The notes under the pieces: generated by a model
The model's input: the letters and a program-made list of their open reading frames with translations, nothing else
Told to the model about the DNA's origin: nothing
Database searches by the model: none
Assembly: GCF_030144855.1 (NCBI RefSeq)
Contig: NC_082709.1
Span: 45,880,001 to 45,944,000 of the forward strand
Length of the DNA stretch: 64,000 bases
DNA from: Hypanus sabinus
Taxonomy: Eukaryota
Direction of reading: 5' to 3'
Translations under genes and position numbers: made by a program
In this document: in pieces, positions 39,237 to 50,485 of the stretch
Layout: every line of letters begins with the position of its first letter
Position numbering within the stretch: the stretch's first letter is position 1

Positions 39237-39638
39237 AACAATCAACGTAACGGCCCATCGAATCAAAGACGAAGCTTCTACCCTCGAGCACAAGGTCAAA
39301 GGCTCAGTGGAAGCAGTTTCCCAGGAAAACCTGAAGATGGTAGGGATCGGGGCAGGAAAGGGCCTCCTCAGGAAGGTTATAAAAGTCAGCATCAGAACAG
39401 CAAGTCTGGGCATCAGGGACAAACTCATGATACCGGCAAGCTGCTAACGACAAATTCGAATAGTCCTGTTCCACCAACTAAAATCAATTCGCAATCAAGA
39501 CCCCCTGAACCAGACACTCCTGTGTCTGCAGTTTTCAGCAAAAGTGTTTCTCAGTATAGGTCATGCCCTATAAAACAAGAGATACCTGTTGATACCAAAG
39601 TATTGTCCATACCTAATAGAATGACTGTAGTAGCCTAA
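39237..39638 (+). CDS. SPATS2L: SPATS2L terminal coding exon (133 codons plus TAA)
   Basis: ttctcatag|AAC...; open frame NNQRNGPSNQRRSF...VSQYRSCPIKQEIPVDTKVLSIPNRMTVVA*; the NGxSNQRRxF motif and C-terminus resemble SPATS2L rather than SPATS2 (recalled sequences). Confidence 0.9.
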   Translation, partial: NNQRNGPSNQRRSFYPRAQGQRLSGSSFPGKPEDGRDRGRKGPPQEGYKSQHQNSKSGHQGQTHDTGKLLTTNSNSPVPPTKINSQSRPPEPDTPVSAVFSKSVSQYRSCPIKQEIPVDTKVLSIPNRMTVVA

Positions 39639-40205
39639 TTTAATTGAATTACTTTCTTTCCAGGATTAAGTTCTTTTGTGATTTACCTTCATACAATTCT
39701 GGTAAATTTAAAGTGAAAAAAATGATTATTTTTAATTTTATATTTTCTTGTCTCAGATAAAGGACCTTGTGAAAATGAGCACATTTTGCTGAAATTGGCC
39801 ATATATTCCATTTGTAAAGGAAACTGTTTTTAAACTTGCTGGAAATGACAATGTTAGAGCATGAAGAAAACCGCAACCATTTTGCTGAGAAAAGAAATTA
39901 TCACATATGTGACTTTTATTTTGGCTGACTCATGGCGGGGATTTTGGGGGTTGGGCAGTAGGGTAAGATGTGTTGTCATGTGGTAGAGCCAAAAGGCTGT
40001 ATATCAATAAATAAAATCATAAATGATGAGTTTTATGCTCAACCTGTTCTTAAAGGATATCTGTGCAATGTTATCTCTTTGAAAATTATGCCATTTGTGA
40101 AATGACTAATAAAGTTTTTAAGCATCTCCTTTTGCTGAAAGTGCCCCTTTAACAAAATAATCATTCGCCAGATTTATTATTAATAACACTTAAATACTTA
40201 ATAAA
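39639..40205 (+). other. SPATS2L: SPATS2L 3'UTR with candidate polyadenylation signals
   Basis: AT-rich, repeat-free sequence after the stop; AATAAA at 40006-40011, 40010-40015, 40108-40113 and 40200-40205. The site actually used is unknown. Confidence 0.6.
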
Positions 40206-42669
40206 ATTTAATAATAATACTTTAAAATAATGTGTTCTATGTTTCATGATTACTGCTTGACATCTCTCATTCAAATACAATCTCTACTTTTGTCTGTGTG
40301 GATTAGAATTCACAGAAACATAATGGAATTTAAATTTATTTTTTAACTTATTAATAATATTTTAGATTCCATATTCATCTTTAAATCCTGTTTTGTAATA
40401 TGTTTAAAGTATTAGCAAAAGCTTTGTTATATCAAACATCTGATTTATTGTATTTGAAAATTAACATGATTGTATACATAAGGGATTGCATATGCTGGAG
40501 TCTGGGACAACACACAAAGTAGTGGTGTTTAAAAGTGCATCAGGTGAGATCCAGAGATATCCAGTCCATCAGTCCAAATGAAAAGTCTCAACCCAAAGCA
40601 TCACATATTTCCCTGCATAGATGCTGCCTGACCTGATAAGTTCCTCCAATATTTGGTGTTTTCGTCAATATAATTGGCTGCTCAGTCTCTTTAATGACAT
40701 CACTGATGTGGGAGACCATACATTCCTGTGAAGTGATTTCCCAGAGTAAATATCATCAGAATGGAGGAGATCTAAATGAGAAGATGACTGGATCCTCCGG
40801 GACAGCTTTAACCAAGATCAGCAGCAGACACCATCACTTCACTGTTGACTGCAGAATGTTGGCCCCTGTGTCTATTAAAACACCAGGGGAAATTTCCTGG
40901 CCAGTCCCAAGTTGCTCAATACTCCCATAAACTCCTGAATTAAGTCAACTTTTTCTCAGTCATTCCTCCCAGAAAGCTAATGGGAAAAGCTAACCCAATA
41001 CAGTGCAATAAGATGTTTGCTGCATCTAGATTAGAATTATGGGTTATAAATTTAGAGTGAGAGCCAAAATATTAAATGGGGAATCTGAGGGGAAGCTTCT
41101 TCATAGAGGGTGGTGTGAGTTTTGAATGAGTTGTCAGTGAAAGTGGAAGATGTGGATTCAATTGTAACATTTAAGAGAAGTTTTGATAGGTACAGGGGAA
41201 TGAGAGGGTTATGGAGGGCTGCAGCTGGGTATAGACAGATGTGATGAGGCAGAAGACTGAGTTGGCATGGACTAGATGGGCCAAAAGGCCTATGTCTGTG
41301 CTTTTGTGCTCCACGACTCTAAATCCTCCAATTTGTAGCTTAGCAGTGATCAATCACCACAGCACTTTATTCACGTATGTTAAGTCCCAACGAAGTCCAA
41401 CGGCAGGGCACAGTGCTCCAAGTAACAGTCAATTGCTCCACCCAGTGTCAAAGCTGGGAATTCCAAATTTGGCAAAGGGTACAATGTGGTTCGCAATTTT
41501 GGTTTACTTTTTCCCCTCTTGCAAAAGTACAATTTTGTGGCTGAGCACTCGAATACTGTGTGTGTCCAGAGACAAGAGGGCATGACTGCGAGTGAGGCAG
41601 GGAGGGGGATTCAAGGGGTAGTGTTCAAGGAGCTTCAGCCCTTGAGCTTGTGCAACAGGTGATGGGGATAGTATAGTCATGGAGATGAACACAGTTCTCT
41701 GTCACAAGGATCAAGATTCCCGAAGACTATGTTGTCTGCCTGGTGTCCGGGTAAGGGACTTCTCCTCTGACCTGTGGAGAAATTTGGAGTGGGAGGGGAA
41801 GGATCCAGTTGCCATGATCTATGTGGGTACCAGCAACTTAGGAAGAACAAGGAAAGAGTTTCCTCTGAGGGAATTTGAGCAGCTAAATTCAAACAGAACA
41901 AGAAGGTAATAATCTCTGGATCGTTACCTGAGCCATGTGAGAATTGACACAGGATAAGTAAAACCTAAGAACTAAAGTTCAAAGTTCAAGTAAAATTCAT
42001 GATCAGAGTACATACATGTCAACAGATACAACCCTGAGATTCTTTTTCCTGTGGGCATACTCAACAAGTCTATACTACAGTAACTGTAAACAGGATCAAT
42101 GAACAACAATCTGAGCAAATATGAATATAAATAAATAGCAATAAAAACGAGTGCATGAAATGATGAGATTAAGAGAACCTAAAGTGATATCACTGGCTGT
42201 GGAAAGACTAGAAATGGTATGAGAGTAGTCATCCTCTTTTGTTTAAGAGCCTGATGGTTGAGGGGTAGTAACTGTTTTTGACAATGGTGAACTAAATGCA
42301 TGGCTTAAATATTGGTGTGGAGAAGTGGGTTTGAATTCATAGGACATTAGCACCAGTATTGGGGCTGGAGGGATATGCTAAGTTGGGACAGGTTCCATTC
42401 CATACTGGGGCTAGCGTCTTGGTGGAACACCAAAACTAGGGCTGTAGATAAGGTTTAATTCTAAATAGAAGGTTGGGAGGGGCAGGTTCAGCAGGTTGGA
42501 AAAGTACAGATAAAGCCAAAGGAAAGGAGATGCTACTGAAGTTTCCAAAAGAATAAGACAACAATATAGAATGGGGTAAAAGTTAAGAGTTCAGGCAACA
42601 TGGAGGAAAAATTGAAAAGTACGGTGGTGAATACAGAGCTGAAGGTGTTATATTTGAATGCACGCAGTA

Positions 42670-43587
42670 CGAGGGGTGATTTATAAGTTCGTGGCCTAAG
42701 GTAACCATATAACCATATAACAATCACAGCACGGAAACAGGCCATCTCGGCCCTCCTAGTCCGTGCTGAACTCTTAATCTCACCTAGTCCCACCTACCCG
42801 CACTCAGCCCATAACCCTCCACTCCTTTCCTGTCCATATACCTATCCAATTTTACCTTAAATGACACAACTGAACTGGCCTCTACTACTTCTACAGGAAG
42901 CTCATTCCACACAGCTATCACTCTCTGAGTAAAGAAATACCCCCTCGTGTTTCCCTTAAACTTCTGCCCCCTAACTCTCAAATCATGTCCTCTCATTTGA
43001 ATCTCCCCTACTCTCAATGGAAACAGCCTATTCATGTCAACTCTATCTATCCCTCTCAAAATTTTAAATACCTCGATCAAATCCCCCCTCAACCTTCTAC
43101 GCTCCAATGAATAGAGACCTAACTTGTTCAACCTTTCTCTGTAACTTAAGTGCTGAAACCCAGGTAACATCCTAGTAAATCGTCTCTGCACTCTCTCTAA
43201 TTTATTGATATCTTTCCTATAATTTGGTGACCAGTTTGAAGTTAATAACTCAACTCCTTCTTCTTTAGGCCATGAACGTATCAATCACCCCGATGAATTA
43301 TTAACTGATGAGTTATTAACTTCAAACTGTCTGCATCATCACTCAAAGAGTTGAACTGCGTGTGCCTGTAACAAGAGCTGTATAACTCATCTCCTTCTAC
43401 TTTAGGCCACAAACTTATCCATCACTCCTGCTGTGGACACTTTCCGGAGGTCCAAGATCCGTATGCTCCACGACCGCTGGACTAAGTGTGTAAATGTAGG
43501 AGGGGACTATGGTGAAAAATAAATGTGCTAGGTTTTCTAAAATTGACTCCTTCAACCTAAGACCACAAACTTGTTAATCACCCCTCT
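42670..43587 (+). mobile_element. Mariner-derived non-autonomous transposon (MITE) with TA TSD
   Basis: TA|cgaggggtgatttataagttcgtggcctaagg ... cctaagaccacaaacttgttaatcacccctct|TA; transposase C-terminal remnant IRMLHDRWTKCVNVGGDYGEK* at 43457-43522. Confidence 0.88.
42703..43234 (-). mobile_element. Young CR1 3' fragment inserted inside the mariner MITE
   Basis: Uninterrupted ORF2 C-terminal frame within ORF 42784-43284; (aaccatat)n tail at 42703. Confidence 0.93.
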
Positions 43588-43717
43588 TATATGAAAAAGG
43601 TTCGATGGTCTTGTAGTGCAGTTAGAAATTGGAAAGTGTGACATTGTGGGCATCACAGAATTGTGATTGAACCAGGATCACAGCTGGGAGTTTAACATTC
43701 AAGGGTCAACATCATTT

Positions 43718-46700
43718 TGAAACATTGAAAATAGGTGCAGGAGTAGGCCATTCAGCCCTTCGAGCCTGCACCGGCATTCAGTATGATCATGGCTGATCAT
43801 CCAACTCAAAACCCTGTACCTGCTTTCTCTCCATACCCCCTGATCCCTATAGCCACAAGGCCATATCTAACTTCCTCTTAAATATAGCCAATGAACCGGC
43901 CTCAACTGTTTCCTGTGGCAGAGAATTCCACAGATTCACCACTCTCTGTGTGAAGAAGTTTTTCCTCATCTCAGTCCTAAAAGGCTTCCCCTTTATCCTT
44001 AAACTGTGACCCCTCGTTCTGGACTTCACCAACATTGGAAACAATGTTCCTGCATCTAGCCTGTCCAATCCCTTTAGAATTTTATACATTTCAATAAAAT
44101 CCCCCCTCAATCTTCTAAATTCCAGTGAGTCTAAGCCTAGTCGATCCAGTCTTTCTTCATATGAAAGTCCTGCCATCCCAGGAATCAATCTGGTGAACCT
44201 TCTTTGTACTCCCTCTATGAAAAGAATGTCTTTCCTCAGATTAGGGAGCCAATACTGCACACAATATTCTAGGTGCGGTCTCACCAAGGCCTTATACAAC
44301 TGCAGTAGAACCTCCCTGCTCCTGTACTCAAATGCTTTTGCTATGAATGCCAACATACCATTTGCCTTTTTCACCGTCTGTTGTACCTGCATGCCCACCT
44401 TCAATGACTGGTGTACAATGACACCCAGGTCTTGTTGCACCTCCCTTTTTCTTAATTGGCCACCGTTCAGATAATAATCTGTTTTCCTGTTCTTGCAACC
44501 AAAGTGGATAACCTCACATTTATCCACATTAAATTGCATCTGTCATGAATTTGCCCACTCACCTAACCTATCCGAGTCACCCTGCATCCTCTTAGCATCT
44601 TCCTCACAGCTAACACCGCCACCCAGCTTCGTGTCATCCACAAACTTGGAGATGCTGCATTTAATTCCCTCATCTAAATCATTAACATATATTGTAAACA
44701 ACTGGGGTCCCAGCACTGAGCCTTGTGGTACCCCACTAGTCACTGCCTGCCATTCTGAAAAGGTCCCGTTTACTCCCACTCTTTGCTTCCTGTCTGCCAA
44801 CCAATTCTCTATCCACATCAATACCATACCCCCAATACCGTGTGCCTTAAGTTTGCACACTAATTTTCTGTGTGGGACCTTGTCAAAAGCCTTTTGAAAA
44901 TCTAAATATATCACATCCACTGGTTCTCCCCTATCCACTCTACTAGTTACGTATTCAAAAAATTCTATAAGATTCGTCAGACATGATTTTCCTTTCACAA
45001 ATCCATGCTGACTTTGTCCGATGATTTCACCTCTTTCCAAATGTGCTGTTATCACATCTTTGATAACGGACTCTAGCATTTTCCCCACCACCGATGTCAG
45101 ACTAACTGGTCTATAATTCCCTGGTTTCTCTCTCCCTCCTTTTTTAAAAAGTGGAGTTAAATTAGCCACCCTCCAATCCTCAGGAACTAATCCAGTATCT
45201 AAGGAGTTTTGAAAAATTATCACTAATGCATCCACTATTTCTTGGGCTACTTCCTTAAGCACTCTGGGATGCAGACCATCTGGCCCTGGGGATTTATCTG
45301 CCTTTAATCCCTTCAATTTACCTAACATCACTTCCCTACTAACATGTATTTCCCTCAGTTCCCCCATCTCACTAGACCTTCGGTCCCTTACTACTTCCGG
45401 AAGATTATTTATGTCCTCCTTTAGTGAAGACAGAACCAAAGTAGTTATTCAATTGGTCTGCCATGTCTTTGTTCTCTATGATCAATTCACCTGTTTCTGA
45501 CTGTAAAGGACCTACATTTGTCTTGACCAATCTTTTTCTTTTCACATATCTATAAAAGCTTTTACAGTCAGTTTTTATGTTCCCTACCAGCTTTCTCTAA
45601 TAATTTTTTTTCCCTTTCCTAATTAAGCCCTTTGTCCTCCTCTGCTGGTCTCTGAATTTCTCCCAGTCCTCAGGTGTGCCGCTTTTTCTGGCTAATTTAT
45701 ATGTTTCTTCTTTGGACTTGATACTATCCCTAATTTCCCTTGTCAGCCACGGGTGCACTACCTTCCCTGGTTTATTCTTTTGCCAAACTGGGATGAACAA
45801 TTGTTGTAGTTCATCCATGCAATCTTTAAATGCTTGCCATTGCATATCCACCGTCAACCCTTTAAGTATCATTTGCCAGTCTATCTTAGCTAATTCACGT
45901 CTCATACCTTCAAAGTTACCCTTCTTTAAGTTCAGAACCTTTGTTTCTGAATTAACTATGTCACTCTCCATCTTATTGAAGAATTCCACCATATTATGGT
46001 CACTATTACCCAAGGGGCCTTGCATGACAAGATTGCTAACTAACCCTTCCTCATTGCTCAATACCCAATCTAGAATGGCCTGCTCTCTAGTTGGTTTCTC
46101 ATCATGTTGGTTCAGAAAACCATCCCACATACATTCCAAGAAATCCTCTTCCTCAGCACCCTTACCAATTTGTTTCACCCAATCTATATGTAGATTGAAG
46201 TCACCCATTATAACTACTGTTCCTTTATTGCATGCATTTCTAATTTCCTGTTTAATGCCATCCCCAACCTCACTACTACTGTTAGGTGGCCTGTACACAG
46301 TTCCCACTAGCGTTTTCTGCCCCTTAGTGTTATGCAGCTCTACCCATATTGATTTCACATCCTCCAGGCTAATGTCCTTCCTTTCTATTGTATTAATCTC
46401 CTCTCTAACCAGCAATGCTACCCCACCTCCTTTTCTTTCCTGTCTATCCCTCCTGAATATTGAATATCCCTGGATGTTGAGCTCCCATCCTTGGTCACCC
46501 TGGAGCCAGGTCTCTGTGATCCCAACTATATCATATTCATTAATAACTATCTGCACATTCAATTCATCCACCTTGTTACGAATGCTCCTCGCCTTCAGGC
46601 TTGTTTTTACAACACTCTTAGCCCTTATACAATTATGTTGAAAAGTGGCTCTTTTTGCTTTTTGCCCTGGATTTGCCTGCCTGCCACTTTTACTTTTCAC

Positions 46701-47882
46701 CTTACTACTTTTTGCTTCTACCCTCATTTTATACCCCTCTGTCTCTCTGCACTTGCTCCCATCCCCCTGCCACATTAGTTTAAAGCCTCCTGAACAGCAG
46801 TAGCAAACGTTGGTTCCAGTCCAGCCCAGGTGCAGACCGTCCTGTTTATACCGGTCCCACCCTCCCCAGAACTGGTTCCAATTCCCCAGAAATTTGAATC
46901 CCTCCCCCTTGCACCATTTTTCAAGCCACGTATTCATCTGAAATATCCTCCTATTTCTACTCTGACTAGCACATGGCACTGGTAGTAATCCAGAGATTAT
47001 TACTTTTGTGGTCCTACTTTTTAGTTTATCTCCTAACTCCCTAAATTCACCTTGTAGGACCTCATCCCATTTTTTACCTATATCGTTGGTACCTATGTGC
47101 ACCACGACCACTGGCTGTTCACCCTCCCATTCCAGAATGTCCTGCAGCCGCTCAGAGACATCCTTGACCCTTGCACCAGGGAGGAACATACCATCCTGGA
47201 GTCTCGTTTGCGGCTGCAGAAACGTCTATCTATTCCCCTTACAATCGAATCTCCTCACTATAGCTCTCCCACTCCTTTTCCTTCCCTCCTGTGCATAAGT
47301 GTCACCCATGGTGCAATGAACTCGGCTGCTGCTGCCTTCCCCTGATGAGACATCTCCCCCAACAGTATCCAAAACAGTATATCTGTTTAGGAGGGAGATG
47401 ACCTCAGGGGACTCCTGCACTACCTGCCTACTGCTACGCTGTCTAGTGGCCACCCCTTTCCTTTCTGCCTGTGTAGCCTTTACCTGCGGTGTGGCCAACT
47501 CACTGAACGTGCTATTCATGGCTTTCTCAGCATCGTGGATGCTCCAGTATGAATCCAATCTCAGCTCCAGATGCTCAATGTGGTCTGCCAGAAGCTGCAG
47601 CTGGACACACTTCCTGCACACATAGTTGTCAGGGACACTGGAAGTATCCCTGATTTCCCACATGCTGCAGGATGAACAAACCACGGGGCCGATCTCAGCT
47701 GCCATGACCTACCCAATACTTGCCTCAACTTTTGAAACTTTCTTCTTTGAAAGGAACTTACCCGACCTTACCTCACTTGGAGTGAAGCTCATCCTCAGCC
47801 TCTTCTCGTCGAAGCCTCTCGAGTCAAAGCCTCAAATCTCCACTCCTTCACTGCCCCACTCACTCACTGGCTGCTTTCCACA
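43718..47882 (-). mobile_element. Near-full-length young CR1 LINE (~4.2 kb): ORF1 zinc finger, coiled coil and SGNH esterase; ORF2 APE endonuclease and RT; disabled by a few lesions
   Basis: ORFs 47226-47705 (CSSC..CRKC), 45597-47189 (HIGTND, DGLH, ITETW, MGDFN, SDH), 44543-45439 (YRPVSL, DFQKAFD, GVPQGS, FVDD), 43847-44539; (aaacattg) tail. Confidence 0.97.
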
Positions 47883-48169
47883 GGACAGGCAGATGTGCAG
47901 AGAGGGTGGGGTGACTCTGTTAGTGAAAAATCAAATCAAATACTTAGAAAGAAGTGACATAGCATCAGAAGATGTGGCATCCTTGTGAACGGAGTTGAGA
48001 AATTGCTATGGTAAAAGGACCTAGGTGGTAATTATATATAGCCCTCTGAATGATAGCCAGGATGTGTGGTACAAATTACAATCGGAGATAGAAATGTTCA
48101 AGTAAAAAGGACAATGATGGTTAAGGGGGAGTTTCAATATGCATGTGAACTGGGAAATTAAGTTGGTGC

Positions 48170-50200
48170 TGGTTTGGGTTTCCCAAAGCCAAGTTTAGCA
48201 CCTTTGGACCCAGAAGGATTGTCATCAATCAAACTGGGCAAAGTATCAACAAGATGAATAGATTGGTCCTTCCAAGGGGCCAAACTTCGCTCCAGTCCCC
48301 AGAGCTACACCTTATCAAGATGACATTGGCAGAGTGAAGCAAGCAGTCTGGAAACTACCACTGGACACCCTGGAGGAGGTGGGGAGAAAGGTCTGCATGG
48401 CCCTCAAAAGAGCCGATTTGCTGAAACTGAACATGACAAAAGGAAAGTGACTGGCCTTCCGAGCACTGCTGCCAAAACCAGCCATCATGATTTTACCAAC
48501 GGACAACCAAAACGCAATGATCCTGATGTCCTCGGAGGAATACAACAGGAAAGTCTTTCAGATTCTGGATGATTCCCCCGACAGAGTTCTACAGTGGAAT
48601 CCCACAGACTCGATTGCAAGGATGAACTCTGCCTTACAGAAGAAATACAGACTGTCAGCAGGGGTATGCAAGACACTTCTATCTCGAGGCACCAATACCA
48701 CCAAGACTTTACAGTCTCCTTGATGTACACAAGGGGGGTTCCCCCATGAGGCTTATCATCAGTGTGATAAATTCTCCAACTAACTACCCTGCTGAGCATT
48801 TAACGACCATTCTGTCTCCCTTTGTTGGCGCTGTGAGCGTCACATCACAAATTCAACCAACTTCGTAAAAAATGATAACCTACATCCAGATAACCCTGGA
48901 GGGCATAATGTCAGTTTCAAAGTGATGTCCCTGTTCTCGTGAGTTCCCATTAAGGTCAGCTTGTTCCTCCAGTGGCCAAGGTTTGATAGGGTACCAGTGA
49001 CATTTTTGAACACACCTTACATCAATGTAATTTCTCTATATACTATGAACAGATGGATGAAGTGGCCATGGGATCACCCTTGTCACCGGTTATAGGTAAT
49101 CGCTACAAGGAGGATTTTGAGGAGAGGGTTCTGAGTTCATTGTCCTTACACAAATGCTTCCTCAGTTATGTCGATGACACCTTTGTAGTGTGGCCTCATG
49201 GACTCCACACAAACCAGCAGTTCCACAACCATCTGAACGGGGTACAGGCAAACATTCAATTTCAATGGAGATGGAGAAAAATGGTTGCCTCCCACTCCTG
49301 TACATTCTAATATGACGGAAACTGGACAGTAGTCTCAGACATGGTGTCTATCAGAAGCCCATTCACACAGACTTAAACCTCAACAATAATAGCCACCATC
49401 ATGCCTCCCAATATAGAGCGGTTCTTTCTACTTTGATTAACCGTGTGAAAACTATTTTGGACCTGGAGAGTCACCATGAGGAAATAAAATGATTATGCAT
49501 AACATTCCTCCAGAATGGCTACAAGGCAAAGGAAATCAATCGGGCCCTTAAAAGAACCGATGGAAAAACCGGGAAACCCAACAATGATGGGGTACCCATC
49601 ACTACCACCTGTCTTCCCTGTATTTCCATGGAAGGATTGCCAGGATCTTGAAGAAATACAGATTAATATCTTCCCCAAATCATTAAGAAAGCTCAAGTCC
49701 CAGCTTGTGTGGGTCAAAGCTGACCTGTGACTCAGGACAGCTGGCATTTACAGGATTCCCTGTGAATGTGGAGCAGCGTATATCGGCCAGACAGTGCGCA
49801 CAGTGGAAACCTGCATCAAGGCCCATTGGAGGTGCGTCTGTTTGGGTTACGCAGAGAAGTCGGTGGTAGCAGAACATCGCAGTTGCAATGTTCATTTGAC
49901 GGTGCAAAACCACTGTGTGGCGCCAATGGCTTTTGGGATCAGCAGGTGAAGGAAGCAATTGAAATAAGACGAGAGAAAAATAATTTTAACAAAGGTAAAG
50001 ATCTTGCTCTCCGTAAGAACTGAAATTTGTATGTAAACAAGGTGGGACAGTGGAAACTTGACTGGTTGAGGACCAACCGATCAGGAGGGATGGATAATGG
50101 GAGTTTATATAACAGCAGATGATGCCTAGGCATCATCCCTGATGAAGATGGTGGAGTTTGTCATTGAAACGTCAGTTAAAATCAAGAAGCATGAGAAGAG
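48170..50200 (+). mobile_element. Degenerate Penelope-like element of a second family (RT, GIY-YIG, terminal hammerhead)
   Basis: VAMGSPLSPVIGN and SYVDDTF RT motifs (ORF 49053); GIYRIPCECGAAYIGQT at ~49743-49793; hammerhead core at 50139. Confidence 0.9.
50136..50177 (+). ncRNA. Hammerhead ribozyme motif of the second Penelope family
   Basis: CTGATGA 50139-50145, extra A, stem II gatggtg/tgtcatt (G-U rich), GAAA 50166-50169, ACGT palindrome and GTC triplet; stem I weak. Confidence 0.6.
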
Positions 50201-50249
50201 TTTATTTGTCATATACGTTGGGAAAGCACTAGATCCTTTTTCAAATTAT

Positions 50250-50485
50250 GGACCTGTGTTCTACAACACTCCTCAGTGCCCTACCATTCACGGTGTAAGA
50301 CCTACTTTGATTGTTCTTACTGAAGTGCCATACCTTGCATTTGTCTGCATTAAATTCCATCTGCCAGTTTTCAGTCCATTTTTTCAGCTGGTTCAGATCC
50401 CACTTTAAGCCATGATAGCCTTCTATGCTGTCCGCTCCACCCAAATCTTGGTGTCCTCCAAAAATTTGTTGATCCAGATCACTGA
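50250..50485 (-). mobile_element. CR1 RT fragment
   Basis: ORF 50241-50504 WQMEFNADKCKVWHF. Confidence 0.8.

Noticed and set aside
36690-40600. Additional hammerhead-like copies at ~36700, ~36960 and ~40575 (also ~30212)
   Set aside because: Catalytic core bases are mutated (ctaatga, cggaaga, caaatga), so they are unlikely to cleave.
45676-46641. 321-aa + strand ORF as a novel gene
   Set aside because: Antisense shadow of the CR1 endonuclease region with no recognisable domain; the same applies to ORFs 44193, 44493 and 25674.
43718-47882. Active autonomous LINE
   Set aside because: ORF1 is frameshifted and ORF2 has stops at 45597 and 44543 plus a further frameshift.
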